Below, in pieces: positions 31,031-41,358 of a stretch of 64,000 nt of DNA (position 1 is the first letter of the stretch; every line of letters begins with the position of its first letter). The DNA comes from Nitrospirota bacterium. GTDB taxonomy: Bacteria > Nitrospirota > UBA9217. The position numbers and the translations under genes are program-made. The DNA is taken from NCBI GenBank assembly GCA_963796285.1, contig CAWCKW010000012.1, positions 832,001-896,000 of the forward strand. The letters run 5' to 3'. The notes beneath the pieces are model-generated. The model was given only the letters and a program-made list of their open reading frames with translations, had not been told where the DNA came from and searched no databases.

Positions 31031-32105
31031 TTCGCAGTCCTTTGAGGAGAAACGATTCCCATTCATTCTTTTCTGCTACGGATAAATCTATTCTGAGCGC
31101 CCAGATACCTTCAGCGTGCAGGTTCTTTAAACGTATTGCGTCCTTTTCCGTGGTGACGATCATGCTGACCTTTTCATCCGCTGCCCTCTGAAAAACCGCT
31201 GCCAGGTCCTTTTTTTTATAGTCAAAATGATCAGGGTAGGTGCATGCGGCCACGATGTCCGCACCAAGCGACGTGAGCAGCTTGATGAAAGAATCCGGTC
31301 GCGCAATGCCCGAAATGGCAAGGACCTTCGATCCGCGCAAAGCGGAAAGCGGCTTGATATCATTGCTGCGGTAATCGATCAAATCCACCGGGACCTGTTG
31401 TGAGGTAAATATCCTGGCTCGAGTATTCCGCTGAATGGTCTCTTTCAGCGCCTTCACATCACCCGTGCTGTCAATTTTGGTGATCAGGACGGCGTGGGCC
31501 CGCTTGAGAGCGCCAAGCGGTTCGCGTAAAATACCCGCGGGAAACAATTTTCCGTTCCCAAAAGGATTCCCGGCATCCACGAGCACAATATCGAGGTCCC
31601 TTTTTAACTGGATATGCTGGAACCCGTCATCAAGGACCACGACGTCCGGTCTGAATCGCTGTATGGCAAGCAGCGCCGCTTGATAACGCTTTTTGCCGAC
31701 AACAACAGGTATGCCAGGCAGCTTTGATGCGATCAGCACCGGTTCGTCGCCGCCCGTTTGGGTATCCACGAGGACTGAACGGCCATCGGATACCACGATG
31801 ATCTCTGCCTCGTCTGTTCGTCCGTATCCCCGGCTGACGACGACCACCCGCCGGTCGTTTCGTGACAACAGTTCCGCGATCTGAATGACCGTTGGAGTTT
31901 TACCGGTTCCACCGAGCGTGATATTGCCGATTGAGATGACAGGACAGGATATTTTTTTTCGATTGAATATTTGAAGGCCGAAGACGATCCGGCGGAGATA
32001 AAGAGCCGTCCCGTAGAGCACGGAAAGCCCGGACAAGAGGGAACCCCAGAAGGGCGATGTCCTCTTCCCCTGCATAATATCTTCAAAGAATGACTTACTG
32101 AGCAA
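31023..32105 (-). CDS. lpxK: Tetraacyldisaccharide 4'-kinase
   Basis: ISIGNITLGGTGKTP, SRGYG, GDEP, LDDGFQH, PAGILRE, TTEKDA. Confidence 0.95.
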   Translation of the reverse strand: MLSKSFFEDIMQGKRTSPFWGSLLSGLSVLYGTALYLRRIVFGLQIFNRKKISCPVISIGNITLGGTGKTPTVIQIAELLSRNDRRVVVVSRGYGRTDEAEIIVVSDGRSVLVDTQTGGDEPVLIASKLPGIPVVVGKKRYQAALLAIQRFRPDVVVLDDGFQHIQLKRDLDIVLVDAGNPFGNGKLFPAGILREPLGALKRAHAVLITKIDSTGDVKALKETIQRNTRARIFTSQQVPVDLIDYRSNDIKPLSALRGSKVLAISGIARPDSFIKLLTSLGADIVAACTYPDHFDYKKKDLAAVFQRAADEKVSMIVTTEKDAIRLKNLHAEGIWALRIDLSVAEKNEWESFLLKGLRNA

Positions 32106-33357
32106 CGATCAACCTTCCAACAGCATCAATGGTTTTCCGCGCTGCGCCTGAATTCATCTCGATCACGCTGAATGCACGCTCCCCTACGCTTCTTGCAAGA
32201 TCAGTATCGGACAGAAGGTTATCCATCTGAACATAAAGTTCTTTTTTATCCTTAACCATGAAACCCCCGCCTGCTGACAGCAGGGCCTCCGATATCTCTT
32301 TAAAGTTGAACATATAACGGCTGAATATAACGGGCTTTTTCATTGCCGCCGGCTCCAGAAGATTATGACCTCCTACCTTGACAAGGCTGCCCCCGATAAA
32401 TGCGATATCGCAAAGGGAATAGAACGACCGGAGTTCTCCAATCGTATCAAGAAGAAGCACATCTTTTACCGGGCCGTGCAGCTTTGTCCTCCGCTGGCAA
32501 TCGTATCCGGACTTATTGATGAGTCCTTCAACTTCATCGAACCGTTCTGGATGGCGGGGGGCAATAATGAGCAGCAGATTGGGATATTTCTGCCTAAGCT
32601 GCTTAAAAACATCAAGGAGCGCGGCCTCTTCCCCCCGGTGGGTGCTACCCGCGGTGATGACCTTTTTGCCGGATGCAATGGAGACCGGAGCGGACGTGTT
32701 CACTGGCAGTTTCTGGTCGAACTTGAGGTTTCCCGTTACCATGACCTTTTCCGGATCAGCGCCGATGTCCTTTATCCTCAGGGCGTCCGCCTCGGACTGC
32801 ATGCAGAAGAGGGTCACGTTGTCAAAGACCTGGCTGAAAAATTTATTGAACTTCCGGTAATTTCTGTGCGAATTAGGCGAGATCCGTCCGTTGATCACCG
32901 CGGAAGGTATCCCGGCCCGCTTCAGTTCGCGAAAGAAATTTGGCCATAACTCTGTTTCAGCCACCAGAACGATCTGAGGGTTGATGCCCTGTATGACCCT
33001 GCGCACAATACAGGGGAAATCGAAGGGGAAGTAAAAGACCGCATCCGCTTCAGGCACCCTCCGCCGAGCCGTGTAATTGCCGGTGACCGTAACAGTCGAG
33101 AGGATCAGCTTCCGGTGGGGGTACTTCTTTTTGAGCTCACGGATGAGCGGATGCGCGGCCATCACTTCACCTACTGAAACCGCATGGACCCAGATGGGGC
33201 GGCTCCCCTTGATCACCTTCAGCACGCCCTTACGCAGGCGGCCGAGCTTTTGAGTCATCCCTCCGCGATACTTGGGCACGGTTATCAGTTTGAACAGGAT
33301 CACCGGAAAGAGCAGCACGGTCGCCATGATCAGGAGCAGGTTGTAGAGAATGTACAT
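32095..33357 (-). CDS. waaA: Kdo transferase
   Basis: WVHAVSVGE, ETELWPN, GNLKFD, GSTH, PRHPER, GGHNLLEP. Confidence 0.95.
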   Translation of the reverse strand: MYILYNLLLIMATVLLFPVILFKLITVPKYRGGMTQKLGRLRKGVLKVIKGSRPIWVHAVSVGEVMAAHPLIRELKKKYPHRKLILSTVTVTGNYTARRRVPEADAVFYFPFDFPCIVRRVIQGINPQIVLVAETELWPNFFRELKRAGIPSAVINGRISPNSHRNYRKFNKFFSQVFDNVTLFCMQSEADALRIKDIGADPEKVMVTGNLKFDQKLPVNTSAPVSIASGKKVITAGSTHRGEEAALLDVFKQLRQKYPNLLLIIAPRHPERFDEVEGLINKSGYDCQRRTKLHGPVKDVLLLDTIGELRSFYSLCDIAFIGGSLVKVGGHNLLEPAAMKKPVIFSRYMFNFKEISEALLSAGGGFMVKDKKELYVQMDNLLSDTDLARSVGERAFSVIEMNSGAARKTIDAVGRLIVAQ

Positions 33358-33373
33358 GAAACTACCTCATCTT

Positions 33374-33456
33374 CGGGCTTTAGCCCGCTTAGAGCCGCTC
33401 CACAACAACGAAGCATCGGTTTATCCAGAACATATGGATATTAGCCACGGCTCTAA
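33374..33456. repeat. Small palindrome plus MITE-like element
   Basis: CGGGCTTTAGCCCG palindrome at 33374-33387; TTAGAGCCG (33389-33397) and CGGCTCTAA (33448-33456) as terminal inverted repeats. Confidence 0.45.
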
Positions 33457-34100
33457 CGGGCCTTATAATAGTCGTCCGCCTGCGCCATGAGTCTGTTCAG
33501 CGCAGTCTCTAATTCTTGCCGCTTTCTCTTGAGTTCTTCCTCATCTATACCCTTCACGATGATCGGCTCACCGTACATAACGATCCCCTTGGTGAACGGT
33601 TTCGGGAGCAGGTACTTGTCCCAGGTCTTTTCGAGGATCCAGTAGCTCTTTGCGCTTGTGGTCACCGGAACGATCTGCTTGTCCAATTTCCCCGCCAGAT
33701 AAACTACCCCCTGTTTTGCTTCATAGAGGGGGCCGCGCGGGCCATCTACCCCAATCGCAAGATCTTTGCCTTTGCGGAGCCCGCTGACCAGTCCCAGGAG
33801 TGCACGGTCCCCCTTCCTCTTGCTCGATCCACGAACAACGTCAAAACCGAACCGCTTCAGAATCCCGGCCTGGATCTCGCCGTCACGGCTTTCACTGGCA
33901 GGAATGACTTTCCCGGAATTCCGGTGAGTATGGAACAGCATGAATTGCCTCCCGTGCCAGAAGGCATAAATGATGTTCTTACCCTCGGATGCAAGCCGGC
34001 CGGGGATCGCTTTATTCACAAATTGTATTCGCAGTGTTCGGCTCCAAAGCGAAAGCACGATCCATCCGATGAACGATAATATCCTTGCCCTGAACATCAC
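33453..34100 (-). CDS. DUF374 lysophospholipid acyltransferase family (LpxJ-like secondary lipid A acyltransferase)
   Basis: AFWH, SESRDGE, VRGSS, DGPRGP, WD..LLPKPF; lies between msbA and waaA. Confidence 0.82.
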   Translation of the reverse strand: MMFRARILSFIGWIVLSLWSRTLRIQFVNKAIPGRLASEGKNIIYAFWHGRQFMLFHTHRNSGKVIPASESRDGEIQAGILKRFGFDVVRGSSKRKGDRALLGLVSGLRKGKDLAIGVDGPRGPLYEAKQGVVYLAGKLDKQIVPVTTSAKSYWILEKTWDKYLLPKPFTKGIVMYGEPIIVKGIDEEELKRKRQELETALNRLMAQADDYYKAR

Positions 34101-35848
34101 ACGGTCCTTACCGGTGCTTCGTCCTTGAACTGCTGTTCGTAAAGGTTCTTGTACTCCCCGCCCCGGACAAGGAGTTCCTCATGTCTGCCCTGTTCCACGA
34201 TCCTGCCGTCTTTGAGCACGATGATCCGGTCCGCGTTCATGATGGTCGAGAGGCGGTGGGCGATCACGAAGCTCGTTCTGCCCTTCATGAGCGTGTCGAG
34301 GGCGTTCTGCACTTCCCTCTCGGACTGTGTATCGAGCGACGATGTGGCCTCATCGAGAATGAGGATCGGTGCGTTTTTGAGCAATGCCCTGGCGATCGCG
34401 ATACGCTGGCGCTGCCCCCCTGAGAGCTTGACGCCCGATTCACCGATGACGGTGTCGTATCCCAGGGGAAGTGCCCGGATAAAGTCTTCGGCATAGGCCG
34501 ATCGCGCTGCACGGACAATATCCTCAAAGGGCCTAACGGTATCTCCATAGGCGATGTTGTCCTTCACCGTGTCGTTGAACAGGAACGTCTGTTGGGTAAC
34601 GATGGCGGTCAAAGAGCGGAGAGAACCGATTGACAGATCGCGAATATCCGTGTCGTCGATCAGGATCGACCCGCCGGTGACATCGTAAAAACGGGGGATG
34701 AGGTTCACAAAGGTCGTTTTGCCCCCGCCGCTCTTGCCGACGATCGCGATCGTCTCCCCTTTTTGAACGGTCAGATTGATGTCCTTCAGGACCATCGCAT
34801 CCTCATATTTGAAGGCAAGGTTCCGGAATTCGATCGTTCTGAAATCACGGGACACGGAACGTGCGCCCTTCCGGTCCGTGATCTCCGGCTCGGTGTCGAG
34901 GACTTCAAAGATGCGATGAGCGGCGGCAACTCCGTCCTGGACCGTGTTGTTCACCCCGTTCAGGTCCCTCAGCGGTCGGTAAAATAAGATGAGCGAGGCC
35001 AAAAAAGAAAAGAAATCACCGACCGTCATTCTGCCGATGGTAATGTAGTACAGGCCAAAGAGAATGACCAAGGAAGTCCCGAGGATGGATATCACCTCCA
35101 TCACGGGGCGAGAGACAGCGCCGGTCTTGATCGAACGCATAAGGGAGTTGAAAAGATTCTTATTCTTTTCGGTGAACCGCCTGCTCTCGTAAGTTTCCAT
35201 GCTGAAGGCCTTGACGATCCGGATGCCTCCTATGGTCTCATGGAGGTGCGTCGTGAGAATGCCGATCTGCTCCTGCATCTGCGTGCTCGCCCGTCGTAAC
35301 CGCTTGCTGAATTTTGACAACGCGAAGCCGGCAAGGGGCAGAACAATGATCGAAAAAATGGCGAGCCGCCAGTTGAGATAGAGAATATATCCGGTAAGCG
35401 CAACCATGGTGAAGACGCCCTGCACCAGGCTTGACGGCGCCTGGGTGAGAGCGCCCTGCACCAGGTTCACGTCGTTGACGATTCGGGAGATGATGACCCC
35501 GGTCGGCGTCCGGGTGAAGAACGAAAAGGACAGGGACTCGACGTGCGTGTAAAGCTGGTCGCGAATGTCATTCACGACCCTCTGTCCGATCCAACCCATC
35601 ATGTAATCCCGGGCATAGGCCGCGCCGCCCTTCAGGATGGTTACGAGGACGAGCGCGGGCGGCAGATAGAGGCCGAGGCCCATGTCTTTTGCCAGGATTA
35701 CCTTGTCCAGCACGGGCTTTACCAGATAGGCCTGCGCCGATATCAGCACACTGGTTATCCCCATAAAGACGATGGACCAGCCGATCCTGGCTTTATAGGG
35801 CCTCAGATAGGTGAAGAGCCTTCTGTAGATTTTCAGATCCTTGTTCAT
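34097..35848 (-). CDS. msbA: Lipid A export ABC transporter
   Basis: TM domain plus GKSGGGKTT, LSGGQRQRIAIAR, DEATSSLD; directly follows lpxB. Confidence 0.9.
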   Translation of the reverse strand: MNKDLKIYRRLFTYLRPYKARIGWSIVFMGITSVLISAQAYLVKPVLDKVILAKDMGLGLYLPPALVLVTILKGGAAYARDYMMGWIGQRVVNDIRDQLYTHVESLSFSFFTRTPTGVIISRIVNDVNLVQGALTQAPSSLVQGVFTMVALTGYILYLNWRLAIFSIIVLPLAGFALSKFSKRLRRASTQMQEQIGILTTHLHETIGGIRIVKAFSMETYESRRFTEKNKNLFNSLMRSIKTGAVSRPVMEVISILGTSLVILFGLYYITIGRMTVGDFFSFLASLILFYRPLRDLNGVNNTVQDGVAAAHRIFEVLDTEPEITDRKGARSVSRDFRTIEFRNLAFKYEDAMVLKDINLTVQKGETIAIVGKSGGGKTTFVNLIPRFYDVTGGSILIDDTDIRDLSIGSLRSLTAIVTQQTFLFNDTVKDNIAYGDTVRPFEDIVRAARSAYAEDFIRALPLGYDTVIGESGVKLSGGQRQRIAIARALLKNAPILILDEATSSLDTQSEREVQNALDTLMKGRTSFVIAHRLSTIMNADRIIVLKDGRIVEQGRHEELLVRGGEYKNLYEQQFKDEAPVRTV

Positions 35849-36984
35849 GTCGTAAGCAATTCCCTGACGACCGCGGCAGCCCTTGCTGACGCGCCGGCAT
35901 CTCCAAGCCGCTTCCGCACTCTGTCGAGGCCCTCTCGTATCTGATCATAATAGGCAGGATCGTTCAGCATCCTGGCAACGGCATCGGCCATGTGCTGCGG
36001 CGTCGACTCCTCCTGGATCAGCTCGGGAACAAGCCGTTCATCCGCTACGATATTCACGAGGCCTACATGCTTCAACCCGGCATGCACCAGCCTGCTGACG
36101 ATGTAGTATGTTATTGCCGATATACGATAAACGATCACCATCGGTATCGCCATAAGACCTGTTTCCAGTGTGGCCGTACCGGACGTGACGATGGCTGCAT
36201 CCGATGCTCGCAGCACGTCGTACACCCTCCCCTCGACCACTCGAACGGAGACACCGCACTGTTCCACAAATGAGCGAACGAAACTCAGTTCCAGTGTCGG
36301 CGCAACGGGAAGAATAAACTGCAGGTCCTGAAACCGGGTAGAGAGGATCTTTGCCGCAGCAAGCATGTCAGGCAGGAGATGCATCAGCTCTGATGTTCTG
36401 CTGCCCGGCAGCAGGGCGATGGTGCGACGGGACGCATCAAGGCCAAACGCGTTCTTCGCCTGTTCCTTGGTAAGGTCCGATTGCACAACGTCCGTGAGTG
36501 GATGACCCACGAACCGGACATCAACACCCGCCTTCTCGTAGAGCGTGACTTCGAAGGGGAAAACGACGATCATTGCCTTTACCAGCCGGGCGATCGTCTT
36601 GATCCTGCCCTTTCTCCATACCCATACCTGGGGGCTTATGTAATATAAAACCGGGATGCCAAGCCGTTGCGCTGCCTTGCCGAGCATGATATTAAAGTCG
36701 GGAAAGTCGATCAGGACAAGGAGGTCAGGCCGCTCGTGCTTCAGAAAACGCTTCAATATCGCATAGACCCGGTAGATCACGCGAAGATGGGTCAACACCT
36801 CCGTGATCCCGACGACCGAGATCTCCTTTGCATCGGCAAGCATCCTGACGCCGGCCTTCTGCATCTGCTTGCTGCCGACGCCGTAAATGTCTATCGCGGG
36901 ATCCTGCTTCCAGATCTCCCGCGCGAGGTTTGCGCCATGCAGATCGCCTGACGCTTCCCCCGACATGATCATGATCTTCTTCAT
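35845..36984 (-). CDS. lpxB: Lipid-A-disaccharide synthase
   Basis: GEASGDLHG, IDFPDFN, SPQVW, FVGHPL, LPGSR, SGTATLE. Confidence 0.96.
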   Translation of the reverse strand: MKKIMIMSGEASGDLHGANLAREIWKQDPAIDIYGVGSKQMQKAGVRMLADAKEISVVGITEVLTHLRVIYRVYAILKRFLKHERPDLLVLIDFPDFNIMLGKAAQRLGIPVLYYISPQVWVWRKGRIKTIARLVKAMIVVFPFEVTLYEKAGVDVRFVGHPLTDVVQSDLTKEQAKNAFGLDASRRTIALLPGSRTSELMHLLPDMLAAAKILSTRFQDLQFILPVAPTLELSFVRSFVEQCGVSVRVVEGRVYDVLRASDAAIVTSGTATLETGLMAIPMVIVYRISAITYYIVSRLVHAGLKHVGLVNIVADERLVPELIQEESTPQHMADAVARMLNDPAYYDQIREGLDRVRKRLGDAGASARAAAVVRELLTT

Positions 36985-37027
36985 ATCGGTTTTCCGGCAT
37001 CTGTCTTGAGACTTCTGACATCTGTTT

Positions 37028-38128
37028 TCACAGCGCCTGCTTCACTGCTTCAGCCACTTTCTTGATCTGTTCTTCCGTTAGTTCAGGATACATGGGAAGC
37101 GACAACACCTCGAGCGCGGCTTGTTCCGATGCGGGAAGACTTCCAGGCTTCATGCCGAGGTCCTTATACGCAGTCTGCACATGCAGCGGAACAGGATAAT
37201 AGATCATGGATGAGGTTATGCCCCCCGCGTCAAGCTTCTGCTTCACCTTATCCCGGTTCTTGACCCTGATCGTATACTGGTGGAAAACATGTTTTGTTCC
37301 GTTCTGTTCCGATGGCGTATGGATGCCTGGGGCATTGAGGTATTTTGAGTATAACTGGGCATTGTTCCGGCGCTTTGCGTTATATTCCTCAATATGCTTG
37401 AACTTGACGCGGATGATCGCGGCCTGGATCTCATCCAGCCTGCTGTTGAACCCCACTTCATCGTGGTAATAGCGCACCTTGCTGCCGTGGTTCCTCAGGC
37501 TCAACAGATGCTCCGCTTGTTTTGCGTCATCAGTGATCACCATGCCCCCATCGCCGTACCCGCCAAGGTTCTTGCTCGGAAAGAAGCTGAAGCAGCCAAA
37601 ATCACCGATGGCCCCGGTCTTTTTCCCATGGTATTCGGCGCCAAAAGACTGGGCGCAGTCCTCGATCACCATGAGTTTGTGTTTTTTTGCGATCTCCATA
37701 AGCCCATCCATATTTACCGGCTGACCGTAAAGATGCACCGGGATGATGGCCTTTGTTCTTTTGGTGATGGCCGGACCAATCTTGGTAATATCAATATTGA
37801 ACGAATCGGGATCGATGTCCACGAACACCGGTATTGCGCCGACATAGGAGATGGCCTCTGCCGTTGCAATGAACGTGAACGGCGTGGTGATCACTTCATC
37901 ACCCCGCTTTATCCCCGCGGCAAGCAGCGCAAGGTGCAGGGCGTCCGTACCGGACGCCACGGCCACGGCATGCTTCACCCCGTGATAGCCGGCGATCTCC
38001 TCTTCGATCGCCTTGCCCTGCGGGCCGAGGATAAAATGTGCACTCTGCATCACACTGAGAACGGCGCTGTTGATCTCATCCTTGATCGCTTCGTACTGAG
38101 TCTTGAGGTCAACCATGGGTACTGTCAT
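37028..38128 (-). CDS. gnnB: DegT/DnrJ PLP aminotransferase, probable UDP-3-keto-GlcNAc transaminase
   Basis: SGTDAL, VHLYGQ, EDCAQ, SFFPSKNLG, NSRLDEIQAA; position between lpxA and lpxB. Confidence 0.78.
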   Translation of the reverse strand: MTVPMVDLKTQYEAIKDEINSAVLSVMQSAHFILGPQGKAIEEEIAGYHGVKHAVAVASGTDALHLALLAAGIKRGDEVITTPFTFIATAEAISYVGAIPVFVDIDPDSFNIDITKIGPAITKRTKAIIPVHLYGQPVNMDGLMEIAKKHKLMVIEDCAQSFGAEYHGKKTGAIGDFGCFSFFPSKNLGGYGDGGMVITDDAKQAEHLLSLRNHGSKVRYYHDEVGFNSRLDEIQAAIIRVKFKHIEEYNAKRRNNAQLYSKYLNAPGIHTPSEQNGTKHVFHQYTIRVKNRDKVKQKLDAGGITSSMIYYPVPLHVQTAYKDLGMKPGSLPASEQAALEVLSLPMYPELTEEQIKKVAEAVKQAL

Positions 38129-38181
38129 ACTTTTTTAGGAACTCCTTTGAAATTCTGAATTCAAAATGGCAGGGAAACTTT

Positions 38182-38286
38182 GCCACAGTGGTCACAGAGT
38201 AAAAAGAGAAAGTCTCAAATCACTTTATGAAGGCATAACATTTTTTCACCCTCTATGATATTTCATCTCTGTGTTCTCTGTGGTAA
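38182..38286. repeat. Intergenic imperfect inverted repeat
   Basis: CCACAGTGGTCACAGAG ... CTCTGTGTTCTCTGTGG arms around an AT-rich spacer. Confidence 0.55.
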
Positions 38287-38314
38287 TTAACTTTACTGTT
38301 TTTATTTGTACGTA

Positions 38315-39262
38315 TCAAACTGGAACAAAACCGTTCATCCCTTTTTCAATATTCTCGGTAATGATACTTGCAAGGGCCAGCGCCCGTCTGCCTTCAATAC
38401 CGGACACGAGCGGTCTGACGCCGTTCTGAACGCTCTGCACAAACGCCCGGATTTCATCTTCCAGCGTATCCCGCCGGTCGCTCGAAATGTCCTGTGCGAT
38501 CAGATGGGGAACCGGACCGGGTTGATTACGAGAGACGGTCGCCTTCTGTGTGTGGTAATCGGATGCATAGATCGCATGTTCATCAAATACCCGGAGCAGT
38601 CGTTTTTTTTCATCCGAGACCCTGCTGGCCGTGATGTCGGCGAAACATCCGTCCTGAAAGATGATCCGCGCTGACGCTATGTCGATCTCCTGTGTGATGA
38701 TCGAAACGCCGACAGCGCTGACTTCTTTCGGCGCTGATCCGGCAAGGTCCATGACGATATCGAGGTCGTGGATCATAAGATCAAGGACCACATTCACGTC
38801 CGTGCACCTTACCGTGAACGGTGCAGCCCGTTCCGCCGTGATATATCTCGGCGTTCTGATCAACGACTTGATCGCCGTGACCGCGGGATTGAACCGTTCA
38901 ATATGTCCCACCTGCAGGATCATGCCCCGGCGGGCCGCAAGATCGATCAGTTCATCAGCCTGCTCAAGGGTCACGGTCATTGGCTTCTCGATCAGCACAT
39001 GGGCCCCCTGCTCCAGGAACTGTTTTGCAATGCGATGGTGCAGGACTGTCGGCACCACGATACTTACAGCATCCACCTTGCCGATCAAATGAGATGGATC
39101 GGTAAAAACCTGCGTTTTCAGCTTCCCGGCGAGCTGAGATACGCGGAGTGAATCAGGATCCACCAGTCCGACGAGTTCAACCTCGGGAATGCCTGCGTAT
39201 TTTTCCGCATGAAACTGCCCCAGATACCCGACGCCGATAACGCCCACCCGCACTTTGTTCAT
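38315..39262 (-). CDS. gnnA: Gfo/Idh/MocA oxidoreductase, probable UDP-GlcNAc 3-dehydrogenase
   Basis: GVGYLG, IEKP, QVGHIERFNPA, DLMIHDLD; lipid A operon context. Confidence 0.78.
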   Translation of the reverse strand: MNKVRVGVIGVGYLGQFHAEKYAGIPEVELVGLVDPDSLRVSQLAGKLKTQVFTDPSHLIGKVDAVSIVVPTVLHHRIAKQFLEQGAHVLIEKPMTVTLEQADELIDLAARRGMILQVGHIERFNPAVTAIKSLIRTPRYITAERAAPFTVRCTDVNVVLDLMIHDLDIVMDLAGSAPKEVSAVGVSIITQEIDIASARIIFQDGCFADITASRVSDEKKRLLRVFDEHAIYASDYHTQKATVSRNQPGPVPHLIAQDISSDRRDTLEDEIRAFVQSVQNGVRPLVSGIEGRRALALASIITENIEKGMNGFVPV

Positions 39263-40080
39263 GCGATATCCTTCAGGTCCTGAATTGCTATGATCGTAAT
39301 GCCTGCCCGATCTGCGTCGTTGATCACTGTTTCACGCTCGATGACAATGGTTTTACCTGCTTCAACGGCTAAACAGGATGCTTTTACCTCGAGCATTGAT
39401 TTGATCGTCTGGGTACCGATCGCCGGGAGGTCAAACCGGAGGTCCTGATGCGGCTTGCAGACCTTGACAACGACCGCTCCCTGACCACACAGCTTGCCGC
39501 CGCGGCGAATGGCCTCATCAGTGCCTTCAATGGCCTCCACGGCAAGAATGACCTGGTCCTTTACCACGACAGTTTGTCCGATGTCCAATCGGCCGATCTC
39601 TTTTGCCATCTGCCATCCGAACTCGATGTCCCGACGTTCCTCTTTCGAGGGTTTTCTTTTCGTCAAAACGCCCTGTTGCGCAACGATGTTGTCGAGGTAG
39701 AGCGTCGATTCGCGGACGGTAATTCCTTCGGACTTCAGTTCATCTGCAACAGCGCGAAGCAAGGAGTCATCTTTTTTATGGACCATTTTGGCAAGCATCG
39801 CCATACCCCGCATATCAGGCATGGTACCGCTGAAGAACCGTGTTTTCTTGATACCACCGGCCATCAGCACGTCAACGACTCCCTGCTCTTTTAAAATATG
39901 TATGATCTTGCCGAGCTGTCCGACCTTGACCCAGAATATCGCGTCAACCAACTGCGCCAATTCAGGCAGGGTCTCGCCTTCGTGCGCCACGGCGATGACC
40001 TGCAGCCCCTTCTCTTTTGCCGCCCGCGCAAAGGCGATGGGGAAATTGCCGTTCCCCGCTATTAAACCGATCTTATTCAT
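39259..40080 (-). CDS. lpxI: UDP-2,3-diacylglucosamine pyrophosphatase LpxI
   Basis: GLIAGNG.FP, DIGQTVVV, AVEAIEGTD, QDLRFDLPAIG. Confidence 0.93.
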   Translation of the reverse strand: MNKIGLIAGNGNFPIAFARAAKEKGLQVIAVAHEGETLPELAQLVDAIFWVKVGQLGKIIHILKEQGVVDVLMAGGIKKTRFFSGTMPDMRGMAMLAKMVHKKDDSLLRAVADELKSEGITVRESTLYLDNIVAQQGVLTKRKPSKEERRDIEFGWQMAKEIGRLDIGQTVVVKDQVILAVEAIEGTDEAIRRGGKLCGQGAVVVKVCKPHQDLRFDLPAIGTQTIKSMLEVKASCLAVEAGKTIVIERETVINDADRAGITIIAIQDLKDIA

Positions 40081-40126
40081 ACCCTGCATTACTTCCGGTT
40101 TCCGGCTCCTGACCTCTGTTGTTATA

Positions 40127-40900
40127 CTACCGCGTCACTCCCCGTTTTGATTTTCGCATGAAGTCGACCAGGTAATGCACTTCGCCGGTATCGGGAAACT
40201 CCTCCAGCGCTTTTTTGAATGCCTCGTCCTGCATGAGTCCCGACCGGAAGATGATCTTATAGGCCTTTTTCAGGTCGTTGATGACCTGGTCGCTGAAACC
40301 TTTGCGCTTGAGACCCACGAGATTCAGTCCATAGAGCTGCGCGCGGTTGCCGGTGGCGTTGACATACGGCGGTACATCCAGCACTATTGCGGACTGGCCG
40401 CCGATCATGGAGTACGCGCCGATTCTGATGAACTGGTGGATGCCGACAAAAGCGCCAAGCACGGCGAAATCCTCCACGGTTACATGACCGCCGAAGGCGG
40501 CGTTGTTGGCCATGATAATATTGTTCCCCAGCTTGCAATCATGGGCCACATGGACATAGGACATAAGAAAGTTCTTGTTGCCGATCTCCGTCTTCCGGTC
40601 CGCCTTTGTCGTGGCACGATGGACGGTCGCGAATTCCCGGATAACGTTGTCGTTGCCGATGATCAGATAGGTCTCTTCATTTTTATATCCAATATCCTGA
40701 GGAGGCGACCCGATGCACGAAAAGGAATGGATCTGATTCCGTTCGCCGATCGTGGTCCACCCCTCGATCAGGACATGGGATGCGATCTTCGTATCCTTTC
40801 CTATCGTTACGTGTTCGCCAATGACCGCATAGGGGCCGATCGAAACGCCCTCGGCGATCTGCGCCTTCGGATGCACAATTGCAGTTGAATGAATGTTCAC
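40127..40900 (-). CDS. lpxA: UDP-N-acetylglucosamine acyltransferase
   Basis: IHSTAIV, hexapeptide repeats, PQD, HVAHDC, HQF, DVPPY, GLKRKGF. Confidence 0.96.
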   Translation of the reverse strand: MNIHSTAIVHPKAQIAEGVSIGPYAVIGEHVTIGKDTKIASHVLIEGWTTIGERNQIHSFSCIGSPPQDIGYKNEETYLIIGNDNVIREFATVHRATTKADRKTEIGNKNFLMSYVHVAHDCKLGNNIIMANNAAFGGHVTVEDFAVLGAFVGIHQFIRIGAYSMIGGQSAIVLDVPPYVNATGNRAQLYGLNLVGLKRKGFSDQVINDLKKAYKIIFRSGLMQDEAFKKALEEFPDTGEVHYLVDFMRKSKRGVTR

Positions 40901-40919
40901 TGCCTCTCCTGTCGATCTT

Positions 40920-41357
40920 CTACTTATCCACGATCATGGCCATCATCTCGGCCTCGGCAACCACTGCACCGTCCACCGTCGCCACTGCCTTAAAGCTCAT
41001 GATGGTGCCGCGCGCCCTGAGCATGGTGAGTTCAAAACGCACCTGGTCGCCAGGCGTCACGGGCTTGCGGAATTTCGCTTTATCGAGGCTCATGAAATAG
41101 AGGACCTTTTTCTTGACCTCTTCCGCCGGCAACGACATGAGTGCCATTACGCCGCCCGTCTGCGCCATTGCCTCCAGGAGCAGAACGCCCGGCATAATGG
41201 GATGACCGGGAAAGTGCCCCTGAAAAAACGGCTCGTTGATCGTTACATTTTTAAGTCCCACGATCCGCTTGCCTTGCTCGAATTCGAGGATACGATCGAT
41301 CATCAGAAACGGATACCGGTGAGGAAGGAAATCCATAACCTCATTGATTGTGAGCAT
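40920..41357 (-). CDS. fabZ: 3-hydroxyacyl-ACP dehydratase
   Basis: LPHRYPFL, KNVTINEPFFQGHFP, PGVLLLEAMAQ. Confidence 0.96.
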   Translation of the reverse strand: MLTINEVMDFLPHRYPFLMIDRILEFEQGKRIVGLKNVTINEPFFQGHFPGHPIMPGVLLLEAMAQTGGVMALMSLPAEEVKKKVLYFMSLDKAKFRKPVTPGDQVRFELTMLRARGTIMSFKAVATVDGAVVAEAEMMAMIVDK

Positions 41358-41358
41358 G

